Below, one piece after another: positions 33,086 to 41,379 of a stretch of 64,000 nucleotides of DNA (position 1 is the first letter of the stretch; each line of letters starts with the position of its first letter). The stretch lies in NCBI GenBank assembly GCA_025839675.1, contig CP104013.1:3105121-3169120 (forward strand), given 5' to 3'. Made by a program: the position numbers and the translations under genes. The notes under the pieces are model-generated. The model was not told the origin of the DNA. It worked only from the letters and a program-made list of their open reading frames with translations, and made no database searches. The stretch is from Candidatus Lokiarchaeum ossiferum. Lineage in GTDB: Archaea > Asgardarchaeota > Lokiarchaeia > Sigyniarchaeales > Promethearchaeaceae.

Positions 33086-33667
33086 TTATAATGTAGGTTT
33101 CCAGATTTTTGTAAAGTCTTCTTGTTTCTTTTTCTGATGTTCATATTGTAAATAAGCTAAAACAGTTTTATGAGCAGAACCTTGGATAATCATATTTATC
33201 CCTTTTTTAGCAATTTTAATGGAATCAAATTCCCCAATTAATGCCAAATGCTTCTTATATATGGAAAGAAACACTCCGCTAAACTGTTCAATAGAATTTC
33301 GGATTTTTCCATGGTCACCAATTATTCTCCCTTTGATTCTCTTCAATCGTTTTTCTGAATGGCCTAAAATACTTTCCAGATCAATAACTTCTAATATATT
33401 TTCACTATCGAGTAATTTTAATGCTTTATCAGGGTTAAAACCAAAATTAATTGCTTCTAAAATATGATTTGTTGTATAAACCCGCACACCAGATGCATCG
33501 AGTTCATTTTGTCCATCCTTCGAAGAAGCTTCGGGATCTACTTCAATATGATAATCCCCTGATGTACTATCTATTGTGATTTTGGTACCAGTGAGTTGTT
33601 CAATCTTTTTTTTTGTATCCCCATTTTTTCCAATTGCTATTGGTAACCTACCCAAATCAAATGACAT
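33086..33667 (-). CDS. Two-KH-domain RNA-binding protein (archaeal Dim2/Pno1 homologue)
   Basis: Two KH GxxG loops, IAIGKNGDTKKKIE and RIIGDHGKIRNSIE. Lies immediately upstream of a RIO kinase, as in conserved archaeal arrangements. Confidence 0.7.
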   Translation of the reverse strand: MSFDLGRLPIAIGKNGDTKKKIEQLTGTKITIDSTSGDYHIEVDPEASSKDGQNELDASGVRVYTTNHILEAINFGFNPDKALKLLDSENILEVIDLESILGHSEKRLKRIKGRIIGDHGKIRNSIEQFSGVFLSIYKKHLALIGEFDSIKIAKKGINMIIQGSAHKTVLAYLQYEHQKKKQEDFTKIWKPTL

Positions 33668-33734
33668 TACGACAATATATGAAACAAATATTAAATTTTT
33701 TTTGATTAAAATAGAAATTTGAAAGAAAACAAAA

Positions 33735-34523
33735 TTAAGATTCTGAAAGAATTTCTTGAACTAATGTGTTCACATCAGGAAGATCCGATTTGGAAACAAA
33801 TTGCTCAAAATATTTAAGCACATTAATTATATCTCGCTTTAGAAAAACTGGTGCATTATAATGATAGACTGAAACTGCTTGAGAAACGTCAATAATTATT
33901 GGTTCACCCTTAAAATATAAAATATTAAAAGCACTTAAATCCCCATGAACTAAATGGGCTTCAATGTACATTTTTTTAATTTGATTTATAACAAAATCGA
34001 GGGTTTTTTTTGGATCCTCCAAATGATTAACATCTTTAAGTCGTGGAGCAGGAGAACCATTTGATTCTCCAATAAATTCCATTACCAAAAGATTATCTCG
34101 ATTAATCAATGGCTTGGGTACAATAATTCCATGTCGTTCCATTTGTTTTAAATTTTTAAGTTCCTTTTTACACCAAGTATAAATTATTTTGTGTGTTGAA
34201 GTTCCGATTTTCTTGAATCTAGGATCTCCGATTATATAGTTCTTCATCCATTTGGTATTTTGAGGATCGATTTTATAGATTTTGACTGCGAGAGGAATAT
34301 TTTCTTCACCCAAGGCAAAATATACGTTTGCTTCTTTTCCAGCAGATATGATTCCAACAAATTCTTGGATTATTCCTTTTGCCATCATTTTATTCAAGTT
34401 AATTGAAGTGTAACTGTCGAAAACACCACCAAAAGCAGAATGTTCTTCCGTTTTCCTTTTTGTTTTTTCTCGTTGTTTATCTTGTTTTCGATCCATTCGA
34501 TCTTGAATTTTTTCGTTATCCAT
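33735..34523 (-). CDS. rio1: RIO-type serine/threonine protein kinase (Rio1-like, no N-terminal wHTH)
   Basis: AGKEANVY (ATP-binding), LVHGDLSAFNILY catalytic loop, IIDVSQAV metal-binding loop. The start was set at an internal Met to avoid overlapping the Nmd3 stop. Confidence 0.8.
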   Translation of the reverse strand: MDNEKIQDRMDRKQDKQREKTKRKTEEHSAFGGVFDSYTSINLNKMMAKGIIQEFVGIISAGKEANVYFALGEENIPLAVKIYKIDPQNTKWMKNYIIGDPRFKKIGTSTHKIIYTWCKKELKNLKQMERHGIIVPKPLINRDNLLVMEFIGESNGSPAPRLKDVNHLEDPKKTLDFVINQIKKMYIEAHLVHGDLSAFNILYFKGEPIIIDVSQAVSVYHYNAPVFLKRDIINVLKYFEQFVSKSDLPDVNTLVQEILSES

Positions 34524-34530
34524 CTTAAAT

Positions 34531-35460
34531 TCATTCCTCGTCGATGAGAGTCCACTTCTTTTTCTGAAAGATATCATAATTCACTTGTGTTACTTTACCG
34601 CCATCTTCAGTTTGTAAAACCACTTTATTTCGAGTTATTTTTTTTACTATATAATCCATTTGTTCTATTTTTATACGATCCTTAGGAACTACTGGCAAAA
34701 GCCGAAGAAGTGTTGTCAATCGGTAAAGGTCAGATCCTTTTTCTTGATCTACTCCAATCAGTTTCTTGGAAATTTTAATTTCAAAATGATATTTTCCTCT
34801 TAATTTTGCAATTAAAACTCTTGCCATCGCATTGGTACTAACCATCAAGTCAAATCCATTTATAGTATAAGATATTTTTGAGATGTAATTTTGAATCCTT
34901 TGAAAATTCTCAGTATCTTCAATTTTTTTGCATTCAAACATTAGCTCATCTAACTTTAATTTATCTCTCGGACTTTGGATCCGAATTTGAACGATCGCAT
35001 CAAATCTACCCCCTTTCTTTTTGGCACAATAGGGACAGTGAATCTCTTTTCTTCTGATTCTTATGGACTCTTCAGCAGTATTAATTACATCATTAGAACT
35101 GGTGCGTACAACTAAATTAATATCAAAATCTTTATGGATATCTAATTCTTGTTCAAAAAACAATTCATAATTTCGATTATGTTTCTTTTCCAGAGGAATA
35201 AAAATTCGTTCATACAAAATTCTAGTTAGAAAATCAATAGCAGGTTCATCATTTGGTTGATAACACCATTCAAATTCTTGATCATCTTTTTTTAAAGAGA
35301 ATGCTTTGCAATGAACGCATTGTCGAAGTTGAATTTTTCCGGGTAGGTTTGATTCGATAGGCTTTTTGCCCGTGCACTTTTCACAAATAAAGCCTTCATA
35401 TATTTTATCGGTGGCAGTAAACCTATTACCACATTTTGAACAAAATCTGCGCAACTTCAT
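34531..35460 (-). CDS. Nmd3-family protein (archaeal homologue of the 60S export adaptor)
   Basis: N-terminal 4x CxxC zinc-binding domain (CSKCGN, CEKC, CVHC, CPYC) and about 300 aa. Confidence 0.5.
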   Translation of the reverse strand: MKLRRFCSKCGNRFTATDKIYEGFICEKCTGKKPIESNLPGKIQLRQCVHCKAFSLKKDDQEFEWCYQPNDEPAIDFLTRILYERIFIPLEKKHNRNYELFFEQELDIHKDFDINLVVRTSSNDVINTAEESIRIRRKEIHCPYCAKKKGGRFDAIVQIRIQSPRDKLKLDELMFECKKIEDTENFQRIQNYISKISYTINGFDLMVSTNAMARVLIAKLRGKYHFEIKISKKLIGVDQEKGSDLYRLTTLLRLLPVVPKDRIKIEQMDYIVKKITRNKVVLQTEDGGKVTQVNYDIFQKKKWTLIDEE

Positions 35461-35487
35461 ATTGATAACCTCTAGGGGAGAATTTTT

Positions 35488-35799
35488 TTAAAATAAAAAT
35501 TTGATTGCAATGGGAACCTCATCAACTGCTATTATTCCATCTTTATGAATAATCTCTTTTTCAATTAAGGCATCTATAATGTTTTTTCCAACAACATTGA
35601 AATTGCTGGCCTTTTTCAATACTTTAACTGCCTCTTCTTGTGATACAAGTTGATCTTTAAAAAAAACTTCTGAAACATTGAAGCGAAATTTGTCTTTTTC
35701 TAATATCTTTCCTAAACAGTCTTCATCGCAGACTCCAACAACAATATTATCAAAACGTGAATGTATTTTTAAATAGCAATTCATAAATAAAACGCTCAT
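35488..35799 (-). CDS. DUF424-family small protein
   Basis: 103-aa ORF with VGVCDEDCLGK...VSEVFF...VGKNIID; the pattern is typical of the archaeal DUF424 family. Confidence 0.45.
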   Translation of the reverse strand: MSVLFMNCYLKIHSRFDNIVVGVCDEDCLGKILEKDKFRFNVSEVFFKDQLVSQEEAVKVLKKASNFNVVGKNIIDALIEKEIIHKDGIIAVDEVPIAIKFLF

Positions 35800-35818
35800 T
35801 AAGTAAATAAAGAAAAAA

Positions 35819-36232
35819 TTAAAGCTTCACAGGATGTCGGGTTCCACAAGCTTGACAAACTAGTAAATGTACCCTTCCTTCTTTGACAATAACAGTATCT
35901 GGTTTTCCACAAGTCTCGCAGATTACATATTTTTCACAATAATTTTTAATCAACCGATTTATTGTGTTAAGCTTTTGTTTTCCTTTCAAAATTGCTTTAT
36001 TTCCTTTTATTCCACCAGCAGTTCCAACTTCTTGTAAAATATTTTTGATAAAATGTTTTTCATCCCGTTTTATACTATCTACTACTTCTTTGAAATTAAG
36101 AAGGATTGTATTTTTACCTTCATATTCCAATCTTGCAATAGGAATCTTCCATCGATCAGTTTCATGGAATCCACTGGGGATTTTTGCAAAAGCTCGGTCG
36201 AGTAATTTTAAATATTCTTCATCCTCTGACAT
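35819..36232 (-). CDS. eif2b: Translation initiation factor aIF2 beta subunit
   Basis: C-terminal zinc ribbon CETCGKPDT...CQACG; preceding helix-turn region LLDRAFAKIP...FIKNILQEVGT. Confidence 0.8.
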   Translation of the reverse strand: MSEDEEYLKLLDRAFAKIPSGFHETDRWKIPIARLEYEGKNTILLNFKEVVDSIKRDEKHFIKNILQEVGTAGGIKGNKAILKGKQKLNTINRLIKNYCEKYVICETCGKPDTVIVKEGRVHLLVCQACGTRHPVKL

Positions 36233-36290
36233 TACTATAATAAATATATAATCAGCAAAAAAATTTTCTATTTCTAGTTAAGGTTTTTTT

Positions 36291-37127
36291 TTAGTAGGAA
36301 GAATAGTGCCCAGGTTGACTTTTATAAATTCGAACATCTTGAGATAATTGTTCTAAGATCGATTGTAAATGATTTATCTCTATGGAAAAATGCTCAGCGA
36401 TTTGCTTTATTGACACTCCATCGCCAGAATCTTGTTTCAATATATAATCAACAATTTGATCATTTTGATCTAGATTATCAAATACAGCAGATTCATTTGA
36501 CTTCGTTATAACTTGATCCCTAACTGGATTAATTTTCATTGGAGGGGGTGATTGAGATTCAAATTCTTGAATATTTGGAATGGTTTTTTCTTCCGTAGGA
36601 TTAAAATCAAAATCAGTAAAATCATTTTGGGGAGACTTAGATATTTCAAAACTTTGGTCTAATTTTCTTTTTCTCAAAACTTCAAGGTTGTGATAGATTA
36701 AATTGTTCGGATCTTTAATTTTCCGCACAAATTCGGCAGTAACCGCAACATTACTCTTATAAAATCGTACGATTCCTACAAAATCAATTAAATCTCCCTT
36801 CAACAAATGATCATACTCATTTTGTTCGATGCCCCAGATAGTTCCCCACAATTGGCCTGTTCCATCGTCAATTTGAAATGATAAACGAGAATTAGATTCA
36901 AAAGACTCAGCTAAAAAAGAATCTTCCGAATTCTGTTCCACAACCTCTTTTTTATTGATCAAGGTTCCACACAATCTTACCCTCTTTAAATTTCCGTACC
37001 TGGTAGAAAGTATCTTCTCCTCATCATTCCATTGGCCTTCAATTAAATCACCAATGAATGTTCTTTTTGCAGGATGTCGTTTGAACTTCGTATTGGAAGG
37101 AGCGTTATTGTAACTCATAGAAATCAT
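36291..37127 (-). CDS. RPA-like OB-fold protein with a C-terminal winged-helix (RPA32/Stn1-like architecture)
   Basis: OB-fold signature RVRLCGTLIN...FQIDDGTGQLWGTIWG. C-terminal DYILKQDSGDGVSIKQIAEHFSIEINHLQSILEQL resembles a wH domain. Confidence 0.45.
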   Translation of the reverse strand: MISMSYNNAPSNTKFKRHPAKRTFIGDLIEGQWNDEEKILSTRYGNLKRVRLCGTLINKKEVVEQNSEDSFLAESFESNSRLSFQIDDGTGQLWGTIWGIEQNEYDHLLKGDLIDFVGIVRFYKSNVAVTAEFVRKIKDPNNLIYHNLEVLRKRKLDQSFEISKSPQNDFTDFDFNPTEEKTIPNIQEFESQSPPPMKINPVRDQVITKSNESAVFDNLDQNDQIVDYILKQDSGDGVSIKQIAEHFSIEINHLQSILEQLSQDVRIYKSQPGHYSSY

Positions 37128-37271
37128 AATTTTTGTTAATATGTCTATTAGAATATAGGATAATAAAAAGAAATATATTTCCCCAAAAATACCTTTACTT
37201 GCCTTTTAGCTTAAACATTGCTGAGTTATGCGATGATGTAATGTGAACTCATAAGGCAACAATAAAGAAAT

Positions 37272-37381
37272 TGGTAGCGGGAGGAGGATTTGAACCACCC
37301 GATCTCAGGGTTATGAGCCCTGCAGCCTAGACCAGATTTGACTTATAAAGTGAAACACCTTATAATCTAGCCCATCCCGCT
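37272..37381 (-). tRNA. Initiator tRNA-Met (CAT) with a roughly 35-nt insertion (putative non-canonical intron) in the D-arm; CCA encoded
   Basis: The reverse complement reads AGCGGGA-TG-GGCTAG[ATTATAAGGTGTTTCACTTTATAAGTCAAATCTGGT]CTAGGC-TG-CAGGG-CTCATAA-CCCTG-AGATC-GGTGG-TTCAAAT-CCTCC-TCCCGCT-A-CCA. The A1:U72 pair and AGCGGG start are typical of archaeal tRNAi. Exact intron borders are unresolved. Confidence 0.7.
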
Positions 37382-37521
37382 TTGGTATTTATCCAAAGAT
37401 ATTTTAATGAATTAAGCACATCTAAAAAGATTTACGGTTAGTTGGGATCAAAGATGTAACCTTTAAATTCATTTTATTTTACAAGAAGAATTTTCTTAAT
37501 TCATCTTTCCTTGCTTAAGTC

Positions 37522-39648
37522 ATGGGATTTGATATTCTTGGATTTATTGTTGAAGTAATTAGAAATCCACTGTTCATAATATCTATAGTATTTTGGGCGA
37601 TTGCATTTGTTTTAGTGAAATTTTTAGGGAAGAAGAAGGAAAATGCATCAATTTTCTTTCCATTTTTAGCATTATTCAGATTTAGGTTTTTCAATAAATT
37701 ATTCAAAAAAATAGCTCAAAAAAATCGAAAATTGTGGAGAGCTTGGTGGAATATAGGTGTTATTGTCTCTTTCTTGCTTATGTGCTATGCTCTTTATTTC
37801 TTCGTATCCAATTTCTTCCATCTAATCATAGATCCGCAACCTGAAAATGCAATTATGCCTTTAATTCCAGGTGTCACAATTTCTCTTCCCCAATTTCAGG
37901 TTTTGATTCTTCCAATTCTGTTAACTATGACAGTTCATGAGTTTTCTCATGCAATTGCTGCTGAAAACGATGATGTGAATGTTAAATCAGCAGGTATTAT
38001 GGGAGCAGGTCTATTTTTCATAATTCTTTATGGTGCTTTTGTGGAAGTTGATGAATTCCAATTATATTCAAGAACTTTTTCGAGTAAAACTCGATTGAGG
38101 GTTGCGGCAGCGGGAGTTTGGACCAATGTTGTCTGGGCAGGATTAGCTTTTCTCTTAATTAGTTCATTTCCGCAAATTATGAACTTAAGTTATGAATCAG
38201 CTTCTTTCCAAGTTACAGCAGTGGTCCCAGCCCAAATGGGAGGATTTAATGAGGAAAATTTAGAGGTTGGGGACATTGTATACAAAATCAATGGAACAAC
38301 TGTTGATTCAAATAATGCAGCAAGTTTGACAGATATTTTAAGTAATCGCACAGCACTCCAAGTCTCAGCAGAGGATGTTCTCCTGTTAACATGTTATAAT
38401 GCCGAAAACAGGAGCTTTTATGACAAAGAAGTGGTATTAGGATTTCGACCTTTTATTGGTTTCGATTATCAATTTTATAATAATACTGCCATTAACATTA
38501 CTTCTATCAATCCTTCTCTTAATGGTGGAAATAATGAAGGATTAATACCAGTCAACACGATTATTACAAAAATAGGAAACAATACATTAAATAATGCTAG
38601 CGGAATTACGTTAGAAAATATTTTGATTCAGAGAAAACCAAATTATAAGTTAAATTTAACATCAAATACGAATGAAATTTATGAAATAAATGTAAATTAT
38701 TTTCCAGCCGCTCCAGGAGCTCATGTTTTTCACGACATATATACCGGATTGAATTTATCAAAAGTTGATAATTTTTCACTAAATGTAACTAATGTTTTCA
38801 AAAATGTTACAGAATCTGGAAATAATGAAGGAAATATTCCAGAAAGGGTAATTATCAAAAAAATTAATGGAATTTCTTTAAATCTAACTGAATATTCTTT
38901 CAAGGAATTTGTAAAAACATTCATCAACCCTGAAGTGGGCGATATTTTAATTTTTACAGATAATGAAGGACAAAATTATTCAATAAATACCTCAGAAATC
39001 CCAGTAATTCCAGTTTTTATAGGATTAACTTCAGAAACATACTGGATTCCTAAAAATGGGATTGGAAGACTATTTGGGGGATTATTCCCAATTGAACTAT
39101 ATACTTTTCTTTACTATACTTTTCTTATAATGTTTAGCTTAGCAATATTTAATCTTTTACCAACAACTATATTTGATGGTGGACGATTGGTAAAGGAAAT
39201 AATCAATCTAATATTTGGAACTAAGGATTATAATCTTAATGCTCGAAAAAGATTACATTATGAATATAGTGAAAAAGATCAAAAACAACACTTAATGACT
39301 CAAGGAATTCATCATGTTATTGGTGTGAGAGAATTAATTCCATTGAATGACGAAGAAAATAAGAAGGATATTAATTTAGAAGATGAAAGTACCTTTGAAT
39401 TGCGCGAATTAGAATACCAGCCTCATGATACTTCAACTGATGGTTTTATTGATACTATTGAAATAAAATCATATAAAGATCTGAAAAATAAAAGTTTAAT
39501 TGAAGTTGAAATCGAATATGAACAAGATCTCAAAGAACCCATCAAGAAAAAAGTTTATAAAAGTATCTCATGGGCAATTGGGATAATATTGTTAGCAAGT
39601 CTTGCAATTTCAACAATAAAATTCAATAAAACTCTTTTTTGGTTATAA
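37522..39648 (+). CDS. Site-2 protease (M50 family intramembrane metalloprotease) with a very large Asn-rich extracytoplasmic insert
   Basis: HEFSHAIAA (HExxH in a TM helix) and FNLLPTTIFDGGRL (LDG motif). There are multiple TM helices at both ends and about 350 aa of N/T/S-rich insert with many N-x-S/T sequons. Confidence 0.7.
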   Translation: MGFDILGFIVEVIRNPLFIISIVFWAIAFVLVKFLGKKKENASIFFPFLALFRFRFFNKLFKKIAQKNRKLWRAWWNIGVIVSFLLMCYALYFFVSNFFHLIIDPQPENAIMPLIPGVTISLPQFQVLILPILLTMTVHEFSHAIAAENDDVNVKSAGIMGAGLFFIILYGAFVEVDEFQLYSRTFSSKTRLRVAAAGVWTNVVWAGLAFLLISSFPQIMNLSYESASFQVTAVVPAQMGGFNEENLEVGDIVYKINGTTVDSNNAASLTDILSNRTALQVSAEDVLLLTCYNAENRSFYDKEVVLGFRPFIGFDYQFYNNTAINITSINPSLNGGNNEGLIPVNTIITKIGNNTLNNASGITLENILIQRKPNYKLNLTSNTNEIYEINVNYFPAAPGAHVFHDIYTGLNLSKVDNFSLNVTNVFKNVTESGNNEGNIPERVIIKKINGISLNLTEYSFKEFVKTFINPEVGDILIFTDNEGQNYSINTSEIPVIPVFIGLTSETYWIPKNGIGRLFGGLFPIELYTFLYYTFLIMFSLAIFNLLPTTIFDGGRLVKEIINLIFGTKDYNLNARKRLHYEYSEKDQKQHLMTQGIHHVIGVRELIPLNDEENKKDINLEDESTFELRELEYQPHDTSTDGFIDTIEIKSYKDLKNKSLIEVEIEYEQDLKEPIKKKVYKSISWAIGIILLASLAISTIKFNKTLFWL

Positions 39649-39661
39649 TTGAGGAGATAAT

Positions 39662-40630
39662 ATGAAGTGTCAATATTGTTCAAAACCAGCGGTGTATCAT
39701 CGAAAAATTTCAAATGAAACGGTTTGTAAGGAACATTTTTGCACTACGATTGAAAACAAAATACGTAAAACTGTTAGAAAGTACAATATGTTCAGCCCAA
39801 CGGAAAAAATAGTTGTGGGCGTTTCTGGAGGAAAAGATTCTTTAGTTTTACTTTATAATGTAATGAAACTACAACAAAGATATCATCAATCGCCTCCCAT
39901 TGAAGCAATATTAATTGACGAAGGCATTGAGGGATATCGCTACGAAAGTACTGAAATTGCAAAACAAATGTGTAGAATTTGGAATGTAAAGCTTCATATT
40001 GTCAAATTTAAGGAAAATTTTGGCAAATCACTGGATGAAATAATTCCTAAATTACCCAATTTGAAGATAAATGCATGTACAATCTGTGGCACAGTAAGAA
40101 GACATCTTTTAAATAAAAAAGCAAAATCTCTACAAGCAGACAAACTTGCAATTGGACATAATCTGGATGATCAAACTGAAACATTCCTTCAAAATATTGT
40201 TCGAAATGATCTAAAAAGGATTTTACAGCATCCTCCGAATGGGAATATTACTGATCCAGATTCATTTTTTATTCCAAGAGTCAAACCCCTTATGCAAGTA
40301 CCAGAAGCGGAAATAAGTCGTTATTGTTACTACATGGATATACCTATTCAAACCACACCTTGTCCTTATGTTGAGAAATTTTTCATTCTCAGGAAAGAAA
40401 TTCAAAATTTCATTAATGCATTGGAAGATCAAAGTGCTGAAATTAAATACAACCTACTGAAAATGAATGAAAAAATTATTGATCATACAAAAATTGAAAT
40501 TGATCAAGATACTTCTTTTGATCCCCATGACCACCGTAATTTTTGTATCAAATGTAAAAGTCCATGCGGAGAAAAAAGGAAATTATGCTATTTTTGTGAA
40601 TTGAAAGAAAGTTTAAATTGCAACATCTAA
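39662..40630 (+). CDS. tRNA 2-thiolation PP-loop ATPase (NcsA/Ncs6/TtuA family)
   Basis: N-terminal zinc finger CQYC...CKEHFC, PP-loop VGVSGGKDS, central CTICG..RR, C-terminal CIKCKSPCG...CYFCE. Confidence 0.7.
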   Translation: MKCQYCSKPAVYHRKISNETVCKEHFCTTIENKIRKTVRKYNMFSPTEKIVVGVSGGKDSLVLLYNVMKLQQRYHQSPPIEAILIDEGIEGYRYESTEIAKQMCRIWNVKLHIVKFKENFGKSLDEIIPKLPNLKINACTICGTVRRHLLNKKAKSLQADKLAIGHNLDDQTETFLQNIVRNDLKRILQHPPNGNITDPDSFFIPRVKPLMQVPEAEISRYCYYMDIPIQTTPCPYVEKFFILRKEIQNFINALEDQSAEIKYNLLKMNEKIIDHTKIEIDQDTSFDPHDHRNFCIKCKSPCGEKRKLCYFCELKESLNCNI

Positions 40631-41181
40631 TCCGTAGGGATCGGAGCATTGTTATTATCTAAACCTAGGCCTTTCTTGCAAATTGGACAAGAATGACGCA
40701 TATTAATCCATTCTAAAAGATGATCTGAATGAGCTTTCGAATTACATAATGGACAAGCTAATACTTCATCAAATATCTTGATTCCTTTTCCGCAAACCGA
40801 ACATTTTAGAGATTCTTTGCTATTAATTTTGATTGTAGATTTCCCTGCATCAAGGCCAATATCTTGAGCGGTGTCTTCAGTAGGGATGATTAATCGAATT
40901 TCCCCATCCTTAGCACTTTTTTGAACACAAAACACTGTTCCTCGCATTCCATCAGTTCTATTCCCAATCCATTTTACGGTTCCCGCAAAAATTCCTTTCC
41001 CATCTTTTCCAACAGCTAGCTTCAAATTATTATTTTCCATAACGTATGTCTGTATTACTTTCGTTGCTTGTATGCCTTCTATTGTAGATGATATAGCTTG
41101 AATGAGATCCTTTGAACCTTTAAAAACTAAAGGTTTTATGTTCATCATACCTTGTTTAGATTTCTTCGCCATCGAGATCAA
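40627..41181 (-). CDS. Hypothetical protein with a C-terminal RING-like/treble-clef zinc finger
   Basis: CSVCGKGIKIFDEVLACPLCNSKAHSDHLLEWINMRHSCPICKK gives C-x2-C-x12-C-x2-C-x4-H-x2-H-x10-C-x2-C. The ...H..H...W.....CP.C part recalls RING-H2. Confidence 0.35.
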   Translation of the reverse strand: MISMAKKSKQGMMNIKPLVFKGSKDLIQAISSTIEGIQATKVIQTYVMENNNLKLAVGKDGKGIFAGTVKWIGNRTDGMRGTVFCVQKSAKDGEIRLIIPTEDTAQDIGLDAGKSTIKINSKESLKCSVCGKGIKIFDEVLACPLCNSKAHSDHLLEWINMRHSCPICKKGLGLDNNNAPIPTD

Positions 41182-41379
41182 CTTTGATTTTTCTATGTGT
41201 TTTACTATTACTCTTTATCCTAAAAAAAATTCGCTTATTGTTTTGGAACTTCTTGTTTTTCATAATTTTCACAAAGAAAAAAAAAATTTTCTTAGGTTCA
41301 TTTTTTAGAAGAAATTGATTATAGAACTTTTTAAATCACAAGAACAATTACTTTTTAATTAGAAGTGAAATAGTGATTA

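Noticed and set aside
37515-37706. 63-aa minus-strand ORF at the start of the S2P protease gene
   Set aside because: Antisense to the N-terminal TM-coding region of a supported gene, and Asn/Lys low-complexity.
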